NCBI GenBank assembly: GCA_951406725.2
Contig: OX597840.1
Span: 23,188,001 to 23,252,000 of the forward strand
DNA length: 64,000 bases
Reading direction: 5' to 3'
Origin: Octopus vulgaris
Taxonomy: Eukaryota
Below are positions 50,329 through 64,000 of this stretch, piece by piece. Under the pieces are notes generated by a model. That model was not told where the DNA came from, searched no databases, and was given only the letters and a program-made list of their open reading frames with translations. Position numbers and translations under genes: made by a program. Position 1 is the first letter of the stretch; each line of letters opens with the position of its first letter.

Positions 50329-51629
50329 GACAGATGTGGTGGTGAGTGCATAGTGAAAACGGTTTTGTCTTTTCATTGAAATAAATTTTTGTATCACCTA
50401 CAAATTGAAATGTGTATTAGCTCTGACCCATCACCTTGGTTTATATGTTTCCAATGATACGGTTTTCAGTGTATGCCATGTTCCTTTAATTTTTTACTCA
50501 CATGAAATTGTGACTCCTATATTTTACTATACAATTTTTGTTTTCTAGAAGAAAAATTTGAGCATTTCAATTTCAAAATGTAATTTTATCTGTTTATGGT
50601 CAAAATGGAAAAATAAGAGTGAATATTTATTTTATGAGAGCTGAGTGTATAAAATTGTGCATAAAATATATAAGCTATATGAAGTACATTGAGTCATTAT
50701 TATATTCCAATTTCCTTCACTTTTCAATGAATAATAGATGGGTGACTATCTTTTGATACAGACACAACACAGGCTACACTTTCGAGGTCTTAGATAAAGT
50801 TTTCAGAAATAACCGAATAGGTTTGCTATTAATTTCATGAAATATTCATGGGTCCCACTAGTTAACATTAAGAGAATCATGTGGTGAACTGAAGGTAGAG
50901 GTGAAGAATGAGAGACAAAGTGGGAGGGAGAAGTGTTAATGATATGTGGTGTGGTGAGGAAGGAATACTTATTACTAGGTTAACAGGATAGCTGAAGGGA
51001 AAAATGAAGAGAAAGAGATATGTTTAGGATACATTATTTGTGAGAGAGTGAGGTTAAAGAGAAGGAGATAGAAAGAGATGGACGGTGGAGGCAGATAGGG
51101 TTTGTATTGTTAAAAGGTGATATAATCAAAAGACCTGAAATGAAATGAGTTTTGTTCCTGAAACTTACAGTGATGATGATGATGGTGGTGGGTTGATTGC
51201 GAAAAGGAATTTCTTTTTTTTATAGAGACCGTCACTCAACACTTGCATTTTGGTGCAATTATTACGGATGCCAAGTATATTTAACAGAGCTAAAGGTATG
51301 AATGCTATAAAAATGGAAATGAATCTCTGTTTCTTAAATAGGTCCTCTTAATTTTTTTAATTAATAATAAACTAAGGTGGCAAACTGGCAGGTTCGTTAG
51401 CACATCAGGCAAAATGCTTAGCTAGATTCTTCTGACATCATTTATGCATTTAAATTCTTCCAAAGTGGACTTTGTCTTTCATCCAGAGATGGGTTTGATA
51501 AAAATGAGCCCCTTTTGAGCACTGGAATTGAGATAATCAATTCAACACTTCATGTGGAATTTGCTGGCCTTGTGCCAATATTTGGAAACTATTCCAATGT
51601 CTTCGCTCTCACCCGAGGAAATGCCACGA

Positions 51630-52260
51630 CCATTTCAAAAAGTATCAAAGAACCTTCCGGTCCAGAGAACTAGGTGTCATCATACCACTTTTCTCCTCCT
51701 TTGTACGGTCACACCTCGAATACTGCTGCCCTTTGTGGTCTCCCCATACAAAACAAAACATCTCGAAGATTGAATCGCCCCAGAGGACACTCACTAAACG
51801 AATTGAAGGCATAACTTCTCTCGATTATTGGGTCTGCCTTAAAGCCTCGAAACTCTACTCTCTCCAGCTCCGCCGCAAGCGGTACATCATTTGTACGATG
51901 TCGAGAATATACCGCCCTGAACATTAGTTTCGAGGTTCATACAAGGCTGGGACCACAGGCCATACGTCCCCTGCCCAATTCAAGATCACAGCATACATGT
52001 ACACTGCAACAGAATTTCTTTTCTTCAACAGGCCCTACCTTGTTTAACAGTCCCGAAAGAGATCAAAGAGGAAAAGGATCCCATCACCTTTAAACGGAGT
52101 CTGGACAGATTTCGTCAAGGAATAACTGGATACAACTCACTACTTGAATGGACCACAGACAAAACTTGACTTAAACAGGATTTAGATAATCCTATCAGGT
52201 GGTGCTATTAAGTTAGACATGGCCTGAACCAATCTTTAGTCGAAACATATCTAAGTCTAA
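51630..52260 (+). mobile_element. CR1-like LINE 3' fragment
   Basis: HLEYCCPLWSP...KIESPQRTLTKRIEGITSLDYWVCLKASKLYSLQLRRKRY; ends CTAAGTCTAA. Confidence 0.75.
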
Positions 52261-52264
52261 TTTA

Positions 52265-52930
52265 AAATAAAGTAGAGCCGTATTTAAAGAATGGAGTTAG
52301 TTCCTCTTGTTCGTAATTAATTCATCCTGGTTCTGACGCACCTTGATTGTTTCATCAGTTCCACTTTACGACTGATATTTAAGAGGAAAACCAACTAAAT
52401 ATATACATGATTGGTAATTAAATGTCTAAAGAAGCAGATACGGTATTTTTTTATTACATTGACCAGAAAAATATGAAGTAACGTTCGTTGGAAAAAGGAA
52501 GAAATTCTCTTGAAGCTATCAGTGTCCGCTCTGACTCGTTGACTCTCTCTTTATATTAATTACTATGTAAGTATTATAAAGACATTTCTATTGTATTAAG
52601 TATCATATTACGTACATCTGTTTGTTTCCATGTATTGAATAAGTTAAAAGAAAGAATCTCACCAATCAAACAAGAAATTATATGAAAGTAAGGCTGTTAT
52701 TTTAATAATTACGATGTAATTTGTAAGAAAAGATGGGGAATGTATAAAAGTACGATTGTGCACTTGAATTACTGAAACGAAAAGGCAATATCGTATACAG
52801 ACGAAATGAAAGGGCTTTGAATTGAAACACTAGAAACTACCTAATTTGACCAAGAATAAATATAAAAACCCGTTTATATAATCTTTTGCTCGAAAATTAG
52901 TAGTGAAGATATAAAAAAATATCGACACAA
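52265..52930 (+). promoter_or_regulatory. Promoter/exon-1 module of the 53693 locus
   Basis: GGAGTTAGTTCCTCTTG at ~52293; donor at 52567; acceptor at 53262-53263. Confidence 0.7.
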
Positions 52931-53692
52931 CATATATATAGACATAATAATCAAAAAGTCACTGAGAATGGTTTTAAGTGTGGTTTCACATTTTTATACT
53001 TACGAAATACAAAACCGAATTAAGAGGAAGCATTATCTTAATTGAGTCATTATGTCGTTAAAAAAGAACATAATAAATGCTAAGAATCTGAGAAAAGATC
53101 AACAAAAGTAAAAGCTGATAGATTATCGATGAAGAGTCTCCAAGGTGTTTAAAACATTAGATTACCATTTATGGTAAAATTTTAATGTTGTATATTTGCA
53201 CTTTTGAATATCTGCCTTTTAAACATAATTGATATCTTATATTAATTTTTCGTATTCTTTCAGAAAATCACATGAAATTGGCTAAAAAGTAATTTTTACT
53301 TTTAAAGAATCATCAATATGTATCATGTTTGAAAGACTCTGCAAAGATATTCTACAAACATATAATCCTGCTTCTATAAAACATTGCTGAATTACAGTAA
53401 AATATTTCCTCTGAGAGAGAAAGCATTTCTTTACTTCTGTGTCTGAAATGTGCAAGAGATAATTTTCTCTTTTAAATATACTTTGATAGATTTCCAAAGA
53501 GTATTTGCGACATTTTTAAATATTGGCATTGATCACATTTAGAAGAAACATAAGAGAAGTGACATTTGTTTGGAATAAACTATAAAAGCAAACAGAAGAA
53601 AAATATCTTTATATTTTGGTGAGAGGAGAAATATTATTGAAAAGTTGTTGGTCTGTACAACTTGAAGGATTGATTTTATTTTTCTTGAAGAG

Positions 53693-54400
53693 ATGTCTGA
53701 AGAATTAGGAAAATCATCATATGACTGTGACATCTGCAAAGAGTCATTCTTAGCAGAAAGTAAATTCAATCAACACAAATAAATTCATAAAAGGGAAGCC
53801 CCATATCCCTGTGATATATGTGGTAAATCATTCTTAAATTGCAGTCACTTAACTCGACACAAACGTATTCATACTGGAGAGAAACCTTATCCCTGTACTA
53901 TCTGTGGTAAATCATTGTCTGATAGGAATAGTTTAACTCAACACAAACTTATTCATACAGGAGAGAAACCATTTCCTTGTGATGTATGTGGTAAATCTTT
54001 CCCTGAAAACTGTAGCTTAACTCAACACAAACGTATTCATACAGGGGAGAAACCATATTCCTGTGATTTGTGTGGTAAATCTTTCACTGAAAAGAGTGGC
54101 TTAACCAAACACAAACGTATTCATACAGGGGAGAAACTATATCACTGTGATATCTGTGGTAAATCTTTCACTGAAAACAGTGGCTTAACTCAACACAAAC
54201 GTATTCATACAGGGGAGAAACCCTATCACTGTGGTATCTGTGGTGAATCATTCTATCACAGAGGTAACTTTACTACTCACTCTAGGGTTCATACAGGGGA
54301 GAAGCCATATCACTGTGACATCTGTGATAAATCATTCTCTGTTAGTAGTTGCCTAACTAGACACAAGCGTATTCATGTAGTCGAGAAAACCTCCCCGTGA
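53693..54400 (+). pseudogene. C2H2 ZNF with a premature stop in finger 1 (8 fingers in frame)
   Basis: ATG at 53693 ([10 protein letters not shown]); CAA>TAA at 53780-53782; the same frame continues as track ORF 53915-54400; decayed fingers run on to ~54870. Confidence 0.85.
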
Positions 54401-54483
54401 TATCAATGGCAAATTAGTCTATCAAAGAAGTAACTTAACTACTTACACAAGGGTTAATACAGAGGAGAAACCAAATCATTGTG

Positions 54484-54700
54484 ATCATCATCATCGTTTA
54501 GCGTCCGCTTACCATGCTGGCATGGGTTGTACGGTTCGACCGGGGATCTGGGAAGCCAGAAGGCTGCACCAGGCTCCAGTCTGATCTGGCAGTATTTCTA
54601 CAGCTTGATGCCCTTCCTAACGCCAACCATTCCATGAGTGTAGTGGGTGCTTTTTACGTGCCACTGACACAGGTGCCAGACAAAGCTGGCAACGGCCACA
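54484..54700 (-). mobile_element. SINE/RTE tail inserted in a decayed finger
   Basis: Reverse complement of 18340-18550; interrupts CATTGTGAT...CACTATGATATC. Confidence 0.8.
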
Positions 54701-55579
54701 CTATGATATCTGGTTGATCATTCTGTATTGGCAGTAGCTTTGCAGGGGAGAAACCAAAACCATATTACTATGACATCTGTGGTAAGACATTCCCTGAAAA
54801 CAGTCGCTTAACTATACACATATTCATTCATACTGGAGAAAAACATGTTCACAGTTATATCTATGGTAGGTCCTTGCTGATTTAAACAGAAGTCTTTCCT
54901 TATGAAGTGGATTCATAACACAGTGATATTTGCTGTATAACATTTCCTCAGAAGGGCAAAGGAGGAAAATCATATCACTGTGATATCAGTGCTTAATCAT
55001 TCTATCAAAATGGAGAATTATACACAGTCATATTAATATGAAAGATAAAACCATACCCTAAGACATTTGTGCTAAATCAATCAATGAAAATGATCAATTA
55101 TTAAAACATAACTGCATTCATACAGAAGAGGAACCACGATGATGATGGTCCCCATCATTTAACATTCTCCTATTCATGCTTCTGTGGATCAGATGGAATT
55201 CATTGATGGAGATTTTCTCCAGCTGGATGCCTTTCTTGTGACCAATCCTCACCTGTTTCCAAGCAAGGAAATATTTTCCCTGGTGAGACACATTTTACGC
55301 GGAGGACTGGAAATGAACAACTACACAAGTATGACGGTCATGATGGCCATTTACGGACATCACATAATATCTGGACAAGGGTACACACACATACAGACAC
55401 ATGTATGTCTGAAGAATTTCTTATAGGAAATATCTTACATGTTTTCTACACATATAAGAGTTTGTAATTCCTATTAGGAAATGAAACACATGTAATGCTG
55501 AATAAATAATATCAAACTTTTCTCCATTGTCCTTATGTGTTATGTAATTACTCTGCAAAAAATATTATCCAAATCACAT

Positions 55580-55618
<39 letters not shown>

Positions 55619-55640
55619 TATTTATTTATTTTATAGAAGG

Positions 55641-55691
55641 AGCTTCTACAGGACTAGAACTGTTTCATTCAAAAGAAATCATCAGGAAGCT
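55641..55691 (-). ncRNA. Minimal type I hammerhead ribozyme
   Basis: Reverse complement is identical to 59317-59367. Confidence 0.8.
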
Positions 55692-55879
55692 AGGTGACAA
55701 GAATAATTTTGGCATTTATACATTTAGGCAGGTTTAAAGGGGTGGTGGTGGGGGACTTTTTGGGGTAGGCATGGCGCAAACTATCATTCTTAGGGGAGTG
55801 GTCAAAGGAATCAGTGATAAAGTAGATAAAAGAATAAATAGAATTATAGAGTTTTAGGTAAATAAGGAGACTCTCACTT

Positions 55880-58855
<2,976 letters not shown>

Positions 58856-59316
58856 CAATGTGAATAGTCTTAGGAGGGAAGGTAATAGGGGGTGCTGAGG
58901 GAACGGTGGGGTTGGGGTGTCGTCAATCGGGTTGCCGGGTGGGTCTGTAGTTTTTGTAGTTTGCGTAAATTTTGTGCATACAATTTGGGGAGTGTTCCGA
59001 GATCTTATTGAAGAGAGGGCCTTTGGCGAACAAGATCTCCAGGCTCTCCGAAATGCAAAGGTCACAGCAGGTATGGCCTCCTGTGTACGAACGCGCCCTC
59101 TGTAGTAGTCTCCACTTGATCTTGAAGGGGATGGTACCTTAAAAGGAACTCCATCTCCCTCGAGATCCCCTTATTCTTTTATCTACTTTATCACTGATTC
59201 CTTTGACCACTCCCCTAAGAATGATAGTTTGCGCCATGCCTACCCCAAAAAGTCCCCCACCACCACCCCTTTAAACCTGCCTAAATGTATAAATGCCAAA
59301 ACTATTCTTGTCACCT

Positions 59317-59367
59317 AGCTTCCTGATGATTTCTTTTGAATGAAACAGTTCTAGTCCTGTAGAAGCT
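59317..59367 (+). ncRNA. Minimal type I hammerhead ribozyme
   Basis: AGCTTC-CTGATGA-tTTCttttGAAt-GAAA-CAGttctagtcCTG-TA-GAAGCT: helix I 6 bp, intact core, GUA cleavage triplet at 59359-59361. Confidence 0.8.
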
Positions 59368-59448
59368 CCTTCTATAAAATAAATTAATTTACTCTGCTAT
59401 GTATTGAGTACCTTATTTACTGTGGTTAACCCCGACTCAACCCGGGCC

Positions 59449-59506
<58 letters not shown>

Positions 59507-59508
<2 letters not shown>

Positions 59509-59890
59509 CGTAGTAGTGGCCGTGTGGTATGTAGCTTGCTCACCAACCATATGGCTCTGGGTTCAGTCCCACTGCATGGCACCTTGGGCAAGTGTCTTCT
59601 ACTATAACTTCGGGTCGACCAAAGCCTTATGAGTGGATTTGGTAGGCGGAAACTGAAAGAAGCCCGTCGTATATATATATATATGTATGTGTGTGTGTAT
59701 GTTTGTGTATCTGTGTTTGTCCCCCCAACATCACTTGACAACCGATGCTGGTGTGTTAACATCTCCATAACCGATAGAATAAGTACCAGCCTTACAAAGA
59801 ATAAGTCCTGGGGTCGAGTTGCTCGACTTAAGGTGGTGCTCCAGCATGGCCGCAGTCAAATGACTGAAAGAAGTGAAAGAGATAAAGAGA
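59507..59890 (+). mobile_element. tRNA-derived SINE, uninterrupted
   Basis: GGCGTAGTAGTGGCCGTGTGGTA (A box), GGGTTCAGTCCC (B-box-like), internal TA/TG microsatellite, tail GCAGTCAAATGACTGAAA. Confidence 0.85.
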
Positions 59891-60027
59891 ATGTAATAAC
59901 CAGCTTCTTTGTTCAACTGATATACTTTCATTAGTTGGAGTAAGAGTGGGAGGGAGGGAAGACGCAGAGAGGGGGGATCTTTCTTATAGTAATTCTTGTT
60001 TCTTTATTATTCACAAGGGGCCAAACG

Positions 60028-60195
60028 GATTAAGTCGATTATATCAACCCAGTGCGTAACTGGTACTTATTTAATCGACCCTGAAAGGATGAAAGGCGAA
60101 GTCAACCTCGGCGGAATTTGAACTCAGAACGTAACGGCAGATGAAATACCACGAAGCATTTCGCCTGGCGTGCTAACAATTCTTCCAGCTCGCCG
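60028..60195 (-). mobile_element. SINE (second family)
   Basis: Minus strand GGCGAGCTGG...GTTAGCACGCC...GAGTTCAAATTCCGCCGAGG...TTTCATCCTTTC; decayed relatives at ~44950-45165 and ~51375-51590. Confidence 0.75.
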
Positions 60196-60585
60196 ATCTT
60201 TCTTCTAGTAATTCTGCCTGTCAATATGTTACTGAACCCATCAGTAATGCTTTCATGTGATCAGTGAAAAAGAGGGAGAGAGGAAAGAGGATAAGGCAAA
60301 GAGTGAAGCCGAAAGAGAGAGAATTGATTGAGGATGAAGCATGCATGGCACGTGGTAGGGGGGAATGTAATAGTTATTTTATGGATAAAAATGTTATTTT
60401 GGAGGTCGCTGCCACTTTTCAATTTTTTCCATTTTTGTTCCTATTGATTCCATATTTGGAGTATTGGTATAGTTTTGTAAGGCAATCATTGACATGAAAT
60501 TCTTTTTATAGTTTGAAATCTTGGGTAATTTTAGCCATTTCAAAGCCACAGATGTATAGGTGCTTGTTTCCATAGTAACAAGCCA

Positions 60586-60988
60586 GGATATTTTCGGTTT
60601 GAACAGCAGTTTTTCTAGCGGTGTCATATGAAATTGTCACCCATAATTATGACCCTAGTATCGATCTATTGCATTTCAATCAGTTTTATGGTTAGGGGAA
60701 GGGTATCTTTTTTCTTCACAAATGTAAATAAACCCAATCTGTTTCTTAAACAAGGGACATATTCATGCGGCACAGAATGTTTTTTTCACCTCAATAGACG
60801 TCATTGATTGGTTGAAATTGCAGAAACTGAAGAAAAAAACCCCAAATATATTACAAACTATAGAATTTTCTCAATAAAGCCAAGAGAAAAAGATGTTTTA
60901 TAAACACATTCTACCCGTATACGAAGTTTAAAATTTTTTAGTTACCTAGAAATTATGTTAAAAACTGCCGTTCAAACCGAAAAGATCC
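60586..60988. mobile_element. MITE of the GGATCTTTTC family
   Basis: TIRs GGATATTTTCGGTTTGAACAGCAGTTTTT / AAAAACTGCCGTTCAAACCGAAAAGATCC; no TSD recognisable. Confidence 0.8.
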
Positions 60989-62190
60989 TATATGTGTTAA
61001 AAAATCTCATCACGCAATCGAACCAATGAGAGAGCCCCTGCCTGGTCGCTCAACATGCTAAAAATAGCAGCCAAAGTATCCCCCTATCTAAATCACATGC
61101 CCATTGTACGTAATGTGCTAGATTATCCCTCAAAAGACAGTTTGCTGAAGGCTGGAATGTCTTTGATGATACGTTTGCTGTATCAGGTTTGATTTGAGGC
61201 TAAATAACATTATGGTAAATTTCTATATTAACTCCCGCATGATTTTCACAAAGAAAATAATCAAAATGTTAGATTTTTGTGTGGAATCAACTACCCTGAC
61301 CTCATATTATGCTACAAAACCCTTTTACGGGTCCATAAGACGGGGTGGGGTGAGGTGGAAGCCATTTTGTTTTCACCTTAGAAAAAAACACATAAGGACA
61401 ATGGAGAAGAGTTTGATATTATTTATTCAGCATTACATGTGTTTCATTTCCTAATAGGAATTACAAACATTTACACGTAGAGAAAAAATGTAAAAGATTT
61501 CCTTTAAGAAAATCTTTGAACATACATGTGTGTGTGTGTGTGTGTACCCTTGTCCAGATATTATGTGATGTTCGTAAATGGCCATCATACTTGTGCAGTT
61601 GTTCATTTCCAGTCCTCTGCGTAAAATATGTCTCACCAGGGAAAATATTTCCTTGCTTGGAAACAGGTGAGGATTGATGACAAGAAAGGGTACCCAGCTC
61701 AGGAAAATCTCCATCAATGAATTCCATCTGATCCATTGAAGCATGGAAAAGCTAATTTTAAATGATGATGATTATCATCATTGTAGTGATATGGTTCCTC
61801 TTCTGTATGAATGCAGTTATGTTTTAATAATTGATCATTTTCATAGATTGATTTAGCACAAATGTCTTAGGGTATGGGTTTACCTTTCATATTAATAGGA
61901 CTGTGTATAATTCTCCATTTTCATAGAATGATTAAGCACTGCTATCACAGTGATATGTTTTCCTTCCTCTGTCAATGCTCTTTTGATTCGTTAATGGATC
62001 ATTTCAGATGAAAGGCTTACCATTGATATCACATTCATATAATTTCTTTCTTGTGTAGAGGGTTTTATGAGATACAAACTTGTCCTTCTGAAGGAATGTT
62101 ATACAACCAATGTCACTGTGTTATGGATCAACTTCATAACGAATACACTTGTGTTTAATTGAGAGATGTTTTTGTGAGAATGATGTCTCA

Positions 62191-63342
<1,152 letters not shown>

Positions 63343-64000
63343 TCAAGTTGTACAGATCAACAACTTTTCAAAAATATTTCTTCTCTCACCAAAATTTATG
63401 GATATTTTTCTTCTTTTTGCTTTTATAGTTTATTCCAAACAAATATCACTTCTCTTATATTTTGTCTAAATGTGATCATTGCCACTATTTAGAAGTGCTG
63501 CAAATACTTTTCTAAATCCATCAAATTATATATTTAAAAGAGAAAATTATCTCTTGCACATTTCAGACACAGAAGTAAAGAAATGCTTTCTCTCTCAGAG
63601 GAAATATTTTACTTTAACTCAGGAATGTTTTATAGAAGCAGGATTATACGTTTGTAGAATATCTCTGCAGAGTCTTTCAAACATGATACATATTGATGAT
63701 TCTTTAAAAGTAAAAAATACTTTTTAGCCAATTTCATGTGATTTTCTGAAAGAATACGAAAAAATAATATAAGACATCAAGTAAGTTTAAAAGGCAGATA
63801 TCCAAAAGTGCAAATTTACGACATTTCTGTTTTCATAAATTTATCTGAACTATTATATTTATCCCATCTATTTTCAAGAGGTTTGTATGAGGGAGTAGAC
63901 ACATGTATTATAATAACATCTCCTGGACATTAAGTCTGTCCTAGACACACACAGATACCAATATACATGTCAATGACACTAGACAGCTGATGTTTTCATC

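Overview
Eukaryotic, AT-rich, repeat-dense DNA. The repeats and gene content point to a coleoid cephalopod, most likely Octopus (inference, no database search). The window is a cluster of C2H2 zinc-finger (ZNF) genes with no N-terminal effector domain: 8 coding loci (5 open, 1 frameshifted, 2 with an early stop), plus the 5' part of a ninth that runs off the left edge. Orientations are mixed (- + - + + + + + -). The loci share one cassette: promoter-like module, non-coding exon 1 (GTAAGT donor), intron, acceptor, a conserved ~400-nt leader, a single-exon finger array, and a conserved 3' UTR with AATAAA. One locus lacks the promoter module and one has it outside the window. Interspersed elements are a near full-length Tx1/L1-clade LINE (20-bp TSD inside a promoter motif), a truncated Tx1, RTE LINEs (one with a PHD-like finger), a mariner nested in a SINE, GG-terminal MITEs with 8-9 bp TSDs, a Gypsy integrase relic, CR1-like tails, tRNA-derived SINEs and a Penelope-like element whose inverted pLTRs carry minimal hammerhead ribozymes. 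All coordinates were read by eye, and repeat boundaries are approximate unless a TSD or TIR is quoted.
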